Origin: Bacilli bacterium
GTDB taxonomy: Bacteria; Bacillota_I; Bacilli_A; RFN20; CAG-826
DNA length: 64,000 nt
Direction: 5' to 3'
Assembly: GCA_036657515.1 (NCBI GenBank)
Contig: JAVXGI010000001.1
Coordinates: 3,821-67,820, forward strand
The notes under the pieces are model-generated. The model searched no databases and was not told where the DNA came from. It was given only the letters and a program-made list of their open reading frames with translations. Positions 1 to 10,404 of this stretch are shown piece after piece (within the stretch, counting starts at the first letter, position 1; each line of letters starts with the position of its first letter). The position numbers were made by a program, and so were the translations under genes.

Positions 1-2121
1 ACCAATTTTTTTCTTTTCGACATCAACTGAAATAACTTTTACTTTAACAACATCATTTATTTGAAGCACTTCATTAGGATGTCTAATAAATTTATTTGTA
101 ATTTGGCTGATATGAACTAGTCCATCTTGATGGACGTTAATATCGACAAATGCACCAAAATCCGTAATATTATGAACAACTCCAGTCAATATCATTCCAA
201 CTTTAAGACTTTTAATATCTTTTGCTTCACTACTAAGCTCTACAATTTCTGCTTCGTCTCTTATATCGTGGCCTGGTTTAATAAGTTCACGTAAAATATC
301 ATCGATTGTTTCGTTATATTCTTTAAGATTTTTCTTAAAAAAATCAGAATCATATAAATTAGCAATCTTATCTTGGTTTTCTTTTACTAATATATCGATT
401 GGCTTCATACTAATTAGCTCTAAAATACTTTCGGCTAATTTATATGATTCCGGATGTACTCCGGTGTTGTCAAATGGATTTTTACTTTCAGGAATACGAA
501 GAAATCCTGCGCATAATTGGAAGGCTTTTGGTCCTAACTTAGGAACTTTTTGTAATTCACTTCTTGATTTAAATGCAACGTGTTCAACTCTATAATCGAT
601 AATATTATTTGCAAGACTTTCGCTAATTCCAGATATATATTTAAGAATTTCTTTTGAAGCATTATTAATATTTACTCCGACATTATTAACGCAAACTCCA
701 ATTACTTCTTTTAAGGCAAAATCAAGTTTTCCTTGGTTCATATCATGTTGATATTGACCAACTCCAATAGCTTTTGGATCAATTTTAACTAATTCACTAA
801 GTGGATCTTGCAAACGGCGAGCAAGTGAAATTGCACTACGCTTTTCAACAGTTAAATCAGGATATTCTTTTTGTGCTAATTCACTTGCGCTATAAACAGA
901 AGCGCCAGATTCATTAACCATCGATATCTTAACATTGAGTTTATAATCTTTGATCATTTTAGACAAAACTTCTTCAGATTCACGCGATGCTGTGCCGTTT
1001 CCAAGGGCGATATATGAAACATTATATTTAATAATAGCTTCTGCAACTTTTGCTATCCCTAATTGTATTTGGTTTTCACTAGCAGAAGTAACATAAACTA
1101 CATCAACCATTTGCATATCACCATGTTCATTAACTACACATATTTTACATCCAGTTCTAAAACCTGGATCAAATCCTAAAACAACTTTATTTCTTAATGG
1201 TGGATACAAAAGTAATTGTTTTAAATTTTGTTCAAAAACAATAATAGAAGCATCTTCTGCTCTTGTAAATAAATCACTTCTTATTTCAGTTTCAACTGAA
1301 GGTAATATTAAACGTTTTAGTGAATCTGCAATTACTTCCTTAATAATTGCAGTATAAACATCGTTTTTAACGATGTTTATTTCAATAAAACGAGCGATTG
1401 TATCGACATCGTATTCAAGTTTTACCTTTAAACATTTCAATGTTTCACCACGTGATAATGCTAAAATTCTAAAGTTTGGAATTTTAGAAATTGGTTCACG
1501 ATAATCTTTGTAATTAGCAAAAGTATCTTTTTCATCCTTGATTAATTCTATCGAAGATATCATTCCCGTTCTTAAAATTAAACCTTTAATATATCTTCTA
1601 TATTCAGGATCATCTGAAATCATCTCTGCAATAATGTCTTTTGCTCCAGATAAGGCGTCTTTAGCGGTTAAAACCTTCTTTTCTTCATTAATAAAAGATG
1701 AGACATATTCATCAAAATTTTCAATAACTTCGCCATTAAATATAGTTAATGCTAAAGGTTTTAACCCTTTTTCAATAGCAATACTTGCACGAGTTTTTTT
1801 CTTTGGCTTAAATGGACGATATATATCTTCTAATTCAGTTAGTTTTCTTGCTGCTTCAATTTCTGATTTTAAAACATCGGTTAAAACACCTTGTTCTTCA
1901 AGAGATTTTAAAATAGTAACTGCGCGTTCATTAACACTACGATAATAATTTAGCTTTTTTTCAAGTTCACGTAAATCATCGTCGGTTAAAGAACCTGTTA
2001 CTTCTTTACGATAACGTGCAATAAATGGAACTGTGTCTCCATTATCAAGCAACGTTACAGCTGCTATAATCTTTTTTTCTTCTAAATTTAGTTCTTCACT
2101 AATAATTTTATTAATATTCAT
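1..2121 (-). CDS. tex: Tex-like transcription accessory protein with S1 RNA-binding domain; C-terminus cut by window edge
   Basis: The minus frame is open from the window edge to the ATG at 2119-2121. My translation starts MNINKIISEELNLEEKKIIAAVTLLDNGDTVPFIARYRKE. It ends in an S1 domain (GMILTGVVHNITDFGAFVDINVHQDGLVHISQ) truncated at position 1. It is absent from the ORF track because no stop lies inside the window. Confidence 0.85.
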   Translation of the reverse strand, partial: MNINKIISEELNLEEKKIIAAVTLLDNGDTVPFIARYRKEVTGSLTDDDLRELEKKLNYYRSVNERAVTILKSLEEQGVLTDVLKSEIEAARKLTELEDIYRPFKPKKKTRASIAIEKGLKPLALTIFNGEVIENFDEYVSSFINEEKKVLTAKDALSGAKDIIAEMISDDPEYRRYIKGLILRTGMISSIELIKDEKDTFANYKDYREPISKIPNFRILALSRGETLKCLKVKLEYDVDTIARFIEINIVKNDVYTAIIKEVIADSLKRLILPSVETEIRSDLFTRAEDASIIVFEQNLKQLLLYPPLRNKVVLGFDPGFRTGCKICVVNEHGDMQMVDVVYVTSASENQIQLGIAKVAEAIIKYNVSYIALGNGTASRESEEVLSKMIKDYKLNVKISMVNESGASVYSASELAQKEYPDLTVEKRSAISLARRLQDPLSELVKIDPKAIGVGQYQHDMNQGKLDFALKEVIGVCVNNVGVNINNASKEILKYISGISESLANNIIDYRVEHVAFKSRSELQKVPKLGPKAFQLCAGFLRIPESKNPFDNTGVHPESYKLAESILELISMKPIDILVKENQDKIANLYDSDFFKKNLKEYNETIDDILRELIKPGHDIRDEAEIVELSSEAKDIKSLKVGMILTGVVHNITDFGAFVDINVHQDGLVHISQITNKFIRHPNEVLQINDVVKVKVISVDVEKKKIG

Positions 2122-2123
2122 AG

Positions 2124-4526
2124 TTATTTAATAACAATGTTAACGATTTTATTTGGAACATAAATAAATTTAACTAATGTTTTTCCTTCAATTTGTTTTT
2201 GTATATTTTCAAGTGATAAAGCTTTAGCTTTTACAGAATCTAAAGATTCATCAATATCAACTTCAATTGTTCCTCTTAATTTTCCTAAAACTTGAACTCC
2301 AATTGTAAGTTTTGATAAAACAGTTTTTGTTTCATCAAATTTAGGCCAAGGAGCATAAGTAATTAAGTCTTTATGGCCTAAAATTGACCAAATTTCTTCA
2401 CCAATAAATGGGCAAATACATGAGAACATGTTCACAAATTGTTCCATATAAGGACGATATAATGATTGAGCTTTATAAACTTCGTTAATAAATATCATCA
2501 TTTGCGAAATTGCAGTATTAAATTGTAATGTTTCAAAATCTTCGGTGATTTTTTTAACACTAGTATTAAAAATAAAATCCAAACTTCCATCGTTTTTATC
2601 GCTAAATTTGCTTTTATAAATATCTTCTGTAAATAACTTATACACTCTTGTAATAAATTTATTTGCACCTTCAAGTCCATCATTACTCCATGGTAATGCA
2701 GCTTCAAGAGGTCCCATAAACATTTCGTATAAACGTAATGTATCTGCACCATATTCTTTAACAATTAAATCAGGGTTAATAACATTACCTCTTGATTTTG
2801 ACATTTTTTCGCCATTTTCACCTAATATCATCCCTTGATGAAAAAGCTTTTTAAAAGGTTCAGATGTGCTAACTGCACCAATGTCATATAAAAATTTATG
2901 CCAAAATCTTGCGTATAATAAATGTAATACAGCATGTTCTGCTCCACCGATATATAAATCAACTGGAAGCCAATGGTCTAATAATTTTTTATCACCAATT
3001 GCATTTTCATTAGTTGGATCAATATATCTTATATAATACCAACATGAACCTGCCCATTGTGGCATAGTATTTGTTTCACGTACACCAACTTCACCATCCA
3101 TTTCTACATTAAGCCAATCTTTACCAGCATTAACTAATGGAGATTCTCCTGTTCCACTTGGTTTGTATTCATCTAGTTCAGGCAAAATTAATGGTAATGA
3201 TTTAAGTGGAAGTGGTTTAATTTCTCCATCATTAAATAAAACTGCAGGAATTGGTTCGCCCCAATATCTTTGACGCGAAAATAACCAATCTCTAAGTTTG
3301 AAGTTTATTTTTTCTTTTCCTTTACCAATTTTAATTAATTGAGCAAGAATAACTTGTTTTGCTGCTCCGATATTCATCCCATTTGCAATATCACTATTAA
3401 TGTGAGGTGCATCTTTTTCCATTGCTTCACTACTAACATCGCCTTCAAGTACTTGAATAATTGGTAAAGAATACTTTTTTGCAAAAGCATAATCTCTACT
3501 ATCATGAGCTGGAACTGCCATAACAGCGCCACTTCCATAACTTGCAAGTACATAATCACCAATATAAATAGGAATGACTTTTCCATTAATTGGATTAATA
3601 GCATAAGCTCCTGTAAATACACCAGTTTTATCTTTGTTAAGTTCTGTACGATCTAAATCATTTTTTCTTGCCGAAATATTAATATATTCTTCAACTTCTT
3701 TTATGTGATCTTGTGTTGTGATTTTTCTAACTAATTCGTGTTCTGGAGCAAGGACAACATAAGTAGCACCATAAAGTGTATCAACGCGAGTTGTAAAAAC
3801 ATCAAAACTAAATTCTGTGTCTTTTATTTCAAACGTAACTTCTGCTCCAATAGATTTTCCAATCCAATTCTTTTGCATTTCTATTGTCGAAGTTGGCCAA
3901 TCAAGTCCATCAAGTCCATCTAATAATTTATCAGCGTAAGACGTGATTCTTAAAACCCATTGTCTCATTTGTTTTCTTACAACTGGAAAACCACCTCTTT
4001 CAGATTTGCCGTCAATTACTTCTTCATTTGCTAAAACAGTACCCAATTCAGGACAAAAATTAACTGGTTTATTATCAATATAAGCTAAATTTTTCTTATA
4101 TAATTCTGTAAAAATCCATTGTGTCCACTTATAATATTTTGGATCAGTTGTAGATATTTCTCTATCCCAATCATATGAAAAACCTAAATCTTTAATTTGA
4201 CGTCTAAAGTTTTCAATATTTTTCTTTGTAAATAGTTCTGGATGTTCATTCATTTTAATAGCATATTGTTCAGCAGGTAAGCCAAATGCATCCCATCCAA
4301 TTGGATGAAGAACATTAAAGCCTTGCATTCTTTTCATTCTTGCAACAATATCTGTAGCAGTATATCCCTCAGGATGCCCAACATGTAGCCCTTGAGCTGA
4401 AGGGTATGGAAACATGTCTAGCACGTAATATTTAGGTTTTGAAAAATCATATACATTACAAGCATACGGCTTTTTTTCCTCATAAATTTCTTTCCATTTG
4501 TTTTCGATTTCAATGTGATTATACAT
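2124..4526 (-). CDS. leuS: leucyl-tRNA synthetase
   Basis: 800 aa with class I aaRS HIGH-type (HVGHPEGY) and KMSKS ([10 protein letters not shown]) motifs and a typical LeuS N-terminus ([13 protein letters not shown]). Confidence 0.97.
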   Translation of the reverse strand: MYNHIEIENKWKEIYEEKKPYACNVYDFSKPKYYVLDMFPYPSAQGLHVGHPEGYTATDIVARMKRMQGFNVLHPIGWDAFGLPAEQYAIKMNEHPELFTKKNIENFRRQIKDLGFSYDWDREISTTDPKYYKWTQWIFTELYKKNLAYIDNKPVNFCPELGTVLANEEVIDGKSERGGFPVVRKQMRQWVLRITSYADKLLDGLDGLDWPTSTIEMQKNWIGKSIGAEVTFEIKDTEFSFDVFTTRVDTLYGATYVVLAPEHELVRKITTQDHIKEVEEYINISARKNDLDRTELNKDKTGVFTGAYAINPINGKVIPIYIGDYVLASYGSGAVMAVPAHDSRDYAFAKKYSLPIIQVLEGDVSSEAMEKDAPHINSDIANGMNIGAAKQVILAQLIKIGKGKEKINFKLRDWLFSRQRYWGEPIPAVLFNDGEIKPLPLKSLPLILPELDEYKPSGTGESPLVNAGKDWLNVEMDGEVGVRETNTMPQWAGSCWYYIRYIDPTNENAIGDKKLLDHWLPVDLYIGGAEHAVLHLLYARFWHKFLYDIGAVSTSEPFKKLFHQGMILGENGEKMSKSRGNVINPDLIVKEYGADTLRLYEMFMGPLEAALPWSNDGLEGANKFITRVYKLFTEDIYKSKFSDKNDGSLDFIFNTSVKKITEDFETLQFNTAISQMMIFINEVYKAQSLYRPYMEQFVNMFSCICPFIGEEIWSILGHKDLITYAPWPKFDETKTVLSKLTIGVQVLGKLRGTIEVDIDESLDSVKAKALSLENIQKQIEGKTLVKFIYVPNKIVNIVIK

Positions 4527-4735
4527 ATTGTTTCTCCTTTAAAATAAAAAAACGCCTACTATAAGGACGTTCTTAACGCGGTACCACCTTATTTTATTTA
4601 CTAGTGTAAATACTCTTAATAAGCTTATTAACGCTAAGCACGGTTAAGTATTGAACTGAGATTTAAACATTAATGTTTGTTTTCATCAGCCACAAACTTT
4701 CTATTTTTTATTAATATTTAATTATTGTTCTTAAC
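4527..4735 (-). promoter_or_regulatory. T-box leader (tRNA-sensing attenuator) of leuS
   Basis: Plus-strand cgcggtaccacc at 4577-4588 is the reverse complement of the conserved T-box core GGTGGTACCGCG. On the minus strand it is followed by a stem (AACGTCC..GGCGTT) plus a T7 run and then the RBS AAAGGAGAA before the leuS ATG. The candidate Leu specifier CUC-A is plus gag at 4658-4660. Confidence 0.8.
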
Positions 4736-4741
4736 GTTATT

Positions 4742-4770
4742 ATTATAGTAATAAATTAGCATATTTTCAA
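4742..4770 (-). promoter_or_regulatory. sigma-70 type promoter driving the T-box leader and leuS
   Basis: Minus strand reads TTGAAA (4765-4770), a 17 nt spacer, then TATAAT (4742-4747). Confidence 0.6.
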
Positions 4771-4821
4771 CAAAAACGGTGCATTAATCAAAATAACTTT
4801 TTCATCCTTTCATCTTTAGCT

Positions 4822-4860
4822 TTCAAAAAGAAAACTACTAATCAAAATTAGTAGTTTTCT
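4822..4860 (-). terminator. rho-independent terminator after the SMC-like gene
   Basis: Perfect stem gaaaactacta / tagtagttttc (4830-4859) with an 8 nt loop. On the minus strand it is followed by CTTTTTG, 11 nt past the stop at 4871. Confidence 0.7.
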
Positions 4861-4870
4861 AGTAGTTATT

Positions 4871-7800
4871 TTAGTCTTCTTTTGCGTAAAGTCTAATTGA
4901 AGATGAAGATTTTCCATGTAAAACAACAAGCGTTTCATCAACTGATTCACTAATATCTCCAATTTTTTCACTTGGCGCACTAATAATTGCTTGTAAACCA
5001 AACTTACGTAAAAGTTTAATAGATTCTTTAATACGATTACGGTCCATTTTACTAAATGCTTCATCAAAGACAATTAAACGAATCGTATTTCCTAATTCGC
5101 TTGTCTCATTAACGTGATAAAGTTGGGCAAATGATGCAAGAACTGCAATATAGAATGGAGTTTGTGTTTCTCCACCAGACTTCTTTTTAATCATTTTACT
5201 TAAACGTTGACTAATGCCTTCTTTATTAGTGACAAGTAAATCAAAATCTAAATAAGTGCGATAATCTGTAAATACATCAATATTTAATAAAGTATCATTT
5301 GATTGTTTACCATCATTTACAATGATTGACTTAAAAAGATCGGCCATAACATCACTATATTTGTTAATGAATTCATCTTGCTTTTCAGTTGTTTGAAGTA
5401 ATAAATCATCTTTAAACATATCGTAATATCTTCTATAAGTAGGATTAGGTTTAACAGTAAATTTATATGTATCATTGCCAAATGTAGAGTTGCTTAATGC
5501 TATGTTCAAATCAGAAATTTGATCTTCTACATTTTCAATTTGATTTCTCAATTTAGAAATAAACTCATTTTTAAATTGTTCAGTTGCTTTGTTATAAGAA
5601 TCACGTATTTTTTCACGATATAACGGTAATTTTACATCACGAATATCGATTAATTCATGATCAAATTCATCATTATTTTCACCTTCAATATTATATGATA
5701 AGTGATAATCATCAGTATAAGATTTACGTAATTTACGTACTTGACCTAATATATTACTCGAAATATATTGAATACGTCCGATTGTCACAGAGTATTCTTT
5801 GTGAATTTCAAGTAAACTCTTTGTTTCAAGTTCAAGACGGAATTTTGGTAAACCAAATTCCGAAACAAATTTGGCATCATAATTTGTTTGAAGTAATTTT
5901 TCTTTTTCAGAAAGCATAGCACTTTCATTTTTAATTTTATCTTCAGTAAGATTTTTAATTGATTCAATAATTGAACCTTTTTCAACACGAAGATTATTTG
6001 TTTCTTTATCAATATCAGTTAAATCTTCTTCAACTGAAACTATACGTTTATCAAGCGAATCAATTTGTAAAGTATCATGTTTTGAAAGTTCTTCTTCAAC
6101 GTATTTTAAAGATTCTTTTAATCCTTTTAATTCAAGTATTTTCGTAGCAGAACCTATTATTGAATTTATTTCATTGGTATTAATTGTTTCTAATTGATTA
6201 GCAGAATTAATTACTTTAAACAAATCTTTAAAAGTTGATATAGACATAATATTTGTAGCAATTTCTTCTTTCTTTTGAGAAATTTGTTCACTACTAATTT
6301 TACGTCCAATATAAGAGGTTGCATATTGTTGTGGTCTTATCGTTGAAAGAGCAAAATTTCTATAAATATCACAGCTTGCTGTGATACCATTTCCCGATTC
6401 TCTTGCTTCACTAATATTATCGCATTTAGTTAATCTACCAAGTAAGAAATTAGCATAAGCACGTGCTCCAGCATGATCTGTAATTATTTCTTCTGCTAAA
6501 CTATATTCTTGAAATCCAAAACGTTTTTCAACAATCTTTTCTTGATCAACTAAAGAGATCCCATAATAACGATACTTATATAATAAGTTTTTCAAAATTT
6601 TATAAGCTTCTTCATAGTATTTTGGTTCAACAAATAAGTTGAATTTTTGATTAAACAAGAAACCTTCGATTGCATTTGACCATTTTTTATCATTAATATC
6701 AATTAAATCAGCAAAAAATTCAACTGAAATTTCTCTACCAAATTGAATCTTTAATTGAGAACTAAGTTCATTTTTAATAGAAGTAAGTGATGAATCATAA
6801 GATTTAATTCCTTTTCCAAGTGAATCTAAATCCACTTTTAAATGGGAAGTTGTAATTTCAAGATCTCGAATGGTTCGTGCAAACGAAACAGAAAGAGCGG
6901 AAATTTCGCTTTTAAAAGTTGAAAGAGCTTCTCTCCAACCTGTTAATAATTCAGAATTTATTGTTCTTAACCCACCTTTAGTAGCTTCTAAAAGTTCCAT
7001 AGATTTAGATCTAACTGCTTCAATTTGTGTTTGAAGTTCAACTATTTCACGGACTTTTTCGCCAGGAAGTAAATCTTTGTTAACACTTTCAAAAGATCTT
7101 GAAAGAGAAGTTGCAGCAGAAATATAAAGATTTGCGTAATTCTCAATTGAAGAAATTGTATCTTTTTCGATATTTGTAAGATCAGAAATTTTTTCATGTA
7201 ACTTATCTTTTTCTTCGTAAAGTTGATTAGTTAATCTATATGTATCACTATTTGCTTTATCATTAATTAATTGAATCTTTTTATTATTTAAACGTATCTT
7301 ATTAAATTCAGCTTCGTTCAATTCAACATCAATTTCACCAAGTCTTTTCTTTAATTGTTCAAGTTGTGAAAAATAAGAAGATAAGCGATCAACAGAAATT
7401 TGATGATTAACTTTTTCAATAATATACGAACATAACTTTATGTCTTTGGTAGAATCTAAATACTTTTGATAAAGATTTTGAATTTCTTCTAAACGTATTA
7501 TTCTTTCGCCCATTAATGATGCTTCGTGTTCTAATTGTTGATATTGAGCAATATTTTCTTGCATTGCACCAATTTCAATATTCATTTGTGGATCACAAAC
7601 ATATTCAGTAATAAATGTTGTAATATCAGTTATTGGAGTAAATGAAGTAGCTTTTTTAAGCAATGAAAAATATTTGTCTTTTAAGTTTCCACATTTTCTT
7701 TTCAATAAATCTTGAAATTGTTTATTGCTATCAGTAAATTTGTATTTTTCTTTATAATTAGTTTGAAAAAACATCGATAAATCTTTAAAAGACATTGGTA

Positions 7801-8230
7801 TATTATTTGTAATAAATTCGTTCTCAGGAATTTTATCTTCTAATAAAAAGAAACGATGTTCTTCGTGTCCGTCTTCAAAAGAATCAAAAACACAGCCAAG
7901 AGTAAACGAATCATCGGCAGCATCATCATAAAATTCAAGAGCAATATAACTTGTAAATCTGCCATCTCTTAGATATTTAAATCCACCATCTTCAGTATCA
8001 CCTAATTCGCCTCTAAGATAACCTTTAAGAGTTCTATTAGATTTATCCATTGCGGCTTTATTAAAATATCGTCCACTCGTATCTCCAAGTAAAACAACCT
8101 GTAAAGCATCGATTAATGTGGATTTTCCTGAAGCATTGACACCAGTTAAAAAAACAATAGGTTTCATGTCAATTGTTTCATTCCAGAAATAGTGCCAATT
8201 AATAACTTTTATTTTAGCTAATGTTTTCAT
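4871..8230 (-). CDS. mksB: MukB/MksB/JetC-type SMC-like ATPase
   Basis: 1119 aa. N-terminal head INWHYFWNETIDM...LTGVNASGKST (Walker A). About 900 aa of Lys/Glu/Leu/Asn-rich heptad-like sequence. C-terminal head SGGETQTPFYIAVLASFAQL ... IRLIVFDEAFSKMD (signature-like motif plus Walker B). Confidence 0.75.
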   Translation of the reverse strand: MKTLAKIKVINWHYFWNETIDMKPIVFLTGVNASGKSTLIDALQVVLLGDTSGRYFNKAAMDKSNRTLKGYLRGELGDTEDGGFKYLRDGRFTSYIALEFYDDAADDSFTLGCVFDSFEDGHEEHRFFLLEDKIPENEFITNNIPMSFKDLSMFFQTNYKEKYKFTDSNKQFQDLLKRKCGNLKDKYFSLLKKATSFTPITDITTFITEYVCDPQMNIEIGAMQENIAQYQQLEHEASLMGERIIRLEEIQNLYQKYLDSTKDIKLCSYIIEKVNHQISVDRLSSYFSQLEQLKKRLGEIDVELNEAEFNKIRLNNKKIQLINDKANSDTYRLTNQLYEEKDKLHEKISDLTNIEKDTISSIENYANLYISAATSLSRSFESVNKDLLPGEKVREIVELQTQIEAVRSKSMELLEATKGGLRTINSELLTGWREALSTFKSEISALSVSFARTIRDLEITTSHLKVDLDSLGKGIKSYDSSLTSIKNELSSQLKIQFGREISVEFFADLIDINDKKWSNAIEGFLFNQKFNLFVEPKYYEEAYKILKNLLYKYRYYGISLVDQEKIVEKRFGFQEYSLAEEIITDHAGARAYANFLLGRLTKCDNISEARESGNGITASCDIYRNFALSTIRPQQYATSYIGRKISSEQISQKKEEIATNIMSISTFKDLFKVINSANQLETINTNEINSIIGSATKILELKGLKESLKYVEEELSKHDTLQIDSLDKRIVSVEEDLTDIDKETNNLRVEKGSIIESIKNLTEDKIKNESAMLSEKEKLLQTNYDAKFVSEFGLPKFRLELETKSLLEIHKEYSVTIGRIQYISSNILGQVRKLRKSYTDDYHLSYNIEGENNDEFDHELIDIRDVKLPLYREKIRDSYNKATEQFKNEFISKLRNQIENVEDQISDLNIALSNSTFGNDTYKFTVKPNPTYRRYYDMFKDDLLLQTTEKQDEFINKYSDVMADLFKSIIVNDGKQSNDTLLNIDVFTDYRTYLDFDLLVTNKEGISQRLSKMIKKKSGGETQTPFYIAVLASFAQLYHVNETSELGNTIRLIVFDEAFSKMDRNRIKESIKLLRKFGLQAIISAPSEKIGDISESVDETLVVLHGKSSSSIRLYAKED

Positions 8231-8881
8231 TTAAAAATCTCCTTCTATTTGGTTGAGATTAATATTTTTTGATTCTTGATTAATTTTATCAATTGTATCA
8301 CTCATTGCTTGAATTTTAGTACTATCAATTGCATAAACGATTGATGGCAAAATGTAAAATGTAACGTTTCCTTCGTCATACGTTCCACTAACTTTCGTAA
8401 TAAGATTGTGATTTGCTAAAAATCTTAATGATTTTCCAACTAAACGTCCAGTAATTTTCTTGTTTGGAAACGAAACTGAAAAATCTATCATCGATTTAAT
8501 AAGCATTGGGGTACTTAAATAAACTCCTTGAGAATTAGAACTGGAGTCCGATTTTTCATTTTCGTAAATAAGACGTAGAACATAAAGAATAAGAGATGTT
8601 TCACGATCAATTTTAATTCTATTATCGTTATCTTTATTAAATAAAGTAATAACACCAAGTAATGAATCTTTTTCAATTGAATAACCCATATAACTCAAAT
8701 ATTCATCAGCTACATCAAAATGTCTATCAAGAAATCTGTAATATGGGTTAATTCTAATAATCTTTTCTTTACTATCAAAAATGTCTCTTACTACAAAACT
8801 ATGTGATAATAGATGATTTATTGATAATGCAAAATCTGATTTATCACTATTATTTAGTGCTAGGTATTTTTCATCAAACAT
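8231..8881 (-). CDS. mksE: MksE/JetB-like (KITE-type) small subunit
   Basis: 216 aa. It sits immediately upstream of the SMC-like gene with a 0 nt gap. Its size and position match mukE/mksE/jetB, and no enzymatic motif is present. The assignment rests on context and general resemblance only. Confidence 0.5.
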   Translation of the reverse strand: MFDEKYLALNNSDKSDFALSINHLLSHSFVVRDIFDSKEKIIRINPYYRFLDRHFDVADEYLSYMGYSIEKDSLLGVITLFNKDNDNRIKIDRETSLILYVLRLIYENEKSDSSSNSQGVYLSTPMLIKSMIDFSVSFPNKKITGRLVGKSLRFLANHNLITKVSGTYDEGNVTFYILPSIVYAIDSTKIQAMSDTIDKINQESKNINLNQIEGDF

Positions 8882-8883
8882 AA

Positions 8884-10302
8884 CTATGCTCCTTTCCTTT
8901 TAAATATTAACTTCGGTAATATATATCCATCATTTTTAACTTTTTCTTTACTGTCGTAATTTACTATATAAAAGCAATTAGGATCATCTTTTTTAATAGT
9001 AGCTAATATGAGAAGAATAAACGCTTCATATGTTGGTAATGGTATTTCTTCAATAAGAACTTCGTCTTCTTTTCCAAACACGTTTTCCATAAACTCATAT
9101 ATTCGATCATCAGTATATGACCCACTTAATTGAGAAAGAAAATTCTCCATCATAATATCTCCAGCAAAATTTGGGTCAACTATTGATAATGGCATTTGAT
9201 CACCAATATATTTGCGTAATATCGGTAACGAAACTGATTCAGAATTTATAAAACCATTCTCATAAATCGATATGCTGTCTTGCATTGAAGACAAAATACT
9301 TCTTAAATTCTTCGTATTATGTGTATTTTTAGCAATAGATGACAAAATATTTTCTAAATTGCCTTTTACTGATTTATCAGTATTATTTAAATAAAGAATT
9401 TTATTTGCACTTGATTTTGTATAGTCTCTATGACGATGATCGATATCATCAATCATGGCATTTAAAGTGTCGAACGTATCGCAAATAAAATTAATTTTTT
9501 CAATAATGGTTTTTTCGACATCTTTTGGATTAATATCACCAGAAGAAAAAACTAAACCTTGCTTTATAAGTAGATTCTTTTTTTCACTTTCTTTAATCCA
9601 ACTGTTCAAAATATTAATAATTGGACGACGGAATCTTGTAACGCTATCAAAAGTTTTTATCGGATGATAAAGACGATCACTAACTAATTCCTTATAATTA
9701 TCAAAATAGGAATGAAGTATTTCATTTGATGTAAATATTTTATTTAATCTATTTTGATAAATTCTAATTGAATGTGAAAGGGTAATTAAATCAACACGTA
9801 ATTTTTTTGTATTTTCATATGCTCTGCATAAAACAGCATACATAAATTCATCTTTAGAAGTATCTTCTAATAATAATTCGCTATAAGTGCTATGAACTAG
9901 GGAAGAATATTCTTCATTAGATTCATTAGTAATATCGAACAATGTTTTAATCATTCTAATTGAATAGGTTGGTAAAACTATATATTCATCAAAAGATTCA
10001 GGATTAAGTTCAAGTTCAAGCCATCCGGTTTCTTCGAGATGTTTAACAATAAAAGAGGCTTTAGACGCAACACTAAAGGAAGTAAACTCACTATCGCTGT
10101 CTTCTTCATCCTCAAGACTGAAGAGTTCAATTTCGTGAATACCCTTTTCTTTAAGAAAACGAACAAACTCATCTCTTTTAACATTTAAATCATTATCATT
10201 GATCAATGTATATAAAAGAATTAAGCAGCCTGCATATATGTTTTTATTCTTTCCATTTAATATAGAGAAAAATTTTTCGGGTAGTATTTCAAATAAATTC
10301 AT
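8884..10302 (-). CDS. mksF: MksF/JetA-like (kleisin-type) subunit
   Basis: The ORF track starts at a TTG at 10314. I prefer the ATG at 10300-10302 (MNLFEILPEKFFSILNGKNKNIY), giving about 472 aa. Its size and first position match the F-E-B gene order. It lies 2 nt from the next gene. Confidence 0.5.
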   Translation of the reverse strand: MNLFEILPEKFFSILNGKNKNIYAGCLILLYTLINDNDLNVKRDEFVRFLKEKGIHEIELFSLEDEEDSDSEFTSFSVASKASFIVKHLEETGWLELELNPESFDEYIVLPTYSIRMIKTLFDITNESNEEYSSLVHSTYSELLLEDTSKDEFMYAVLCRAYENTKKLRVDLITLSHSIRIYQNRLNKIFTSNEILHSYFDNYKELVSDRLYHPIKTFDSVTRFRRPIINILNSWIKESEKKNLLIKQGLVFSSGDINPKDVEKTIIEKINFICDTFDTLNAMIDDIDHRHRDYTKSSANKILYLNNTDKSVKGNLENILSSIAKNTHNTKNLRSILSSMQDSISIYENGFINSESVSLPILRKYIGDQMPLSIVDPNFAGDIMMENFLSQLSGSYTDDRIYEFMENVFGKEDEVLIEEIPLPTYEAFILLILATIKKDDPNCFYIVNYDSKEKVKNDGYILPKLIFKRKGA

Positions 10303-10404
10303 TCTTGTTTCCAATATTAAAATTATAACAAATATATCACCCTATTCATATAATAAAATAACTCTATTTTAAATTATTTACATATACTATATAATAATAC
10401 ATAT

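Noticed and set aside
1538-1945. A 135 aa plus-strand ORF, and many other 60-110 aa ORFs in the track (for example 2498-2764, 3374-3622, 5584-5919, 9455-9667, 14807-15076, 32399-32683, 53146-53440, 60227-60544).
   Set aside because: All lie antisense to, or out of frame within, long well-supported genes. Their products are low-complexity Ile/Leu/Lys/Phe-rich strings of the kind expected by chance in AT-rich DNA, and none has an RBS.
4560-4735. The direct repeat CGTTAAGAAC occurs at both ends of the T-box leader, and GCGTTAA occurs a third time.
   Set aside because: The repeats are direct, not complementary, and they contain the palindromic AACGTT. They most likely reflect ordinary T-box helix elements or chance. 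I could not derive a consistent alternative structure by hand.
4527-4870. I looked for a jetD/mksG remnant or pseudogene downstream of the SMC-like gene.
   Set aside because: The 344 nt are fully accounted for by a terminator hairpin, a promoter and the leuS T-box leader. No ORF fragment fits there.
10303-10314. N-terminal extensions in the ORF track that start at TTG or GTG. Affected ORFs are 8884-10314, 14207-15157, 21456-22883, 24250-25149, 26342-26767, 37992-41114, 45000-45767, 47235-48743, 48712-50415 and 51280-54339.
   Set aside because: In each case an internal ATG has a better RBS, or produces a canonical N-terminus (signal peptide, HAD motif I, kinase subdomain I). Several of these ATGs also create a typical stop/start overlap with the upstream gene. 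The priA GTG start at 20868 was kept because the extension matches the usual PriA N-terminus.
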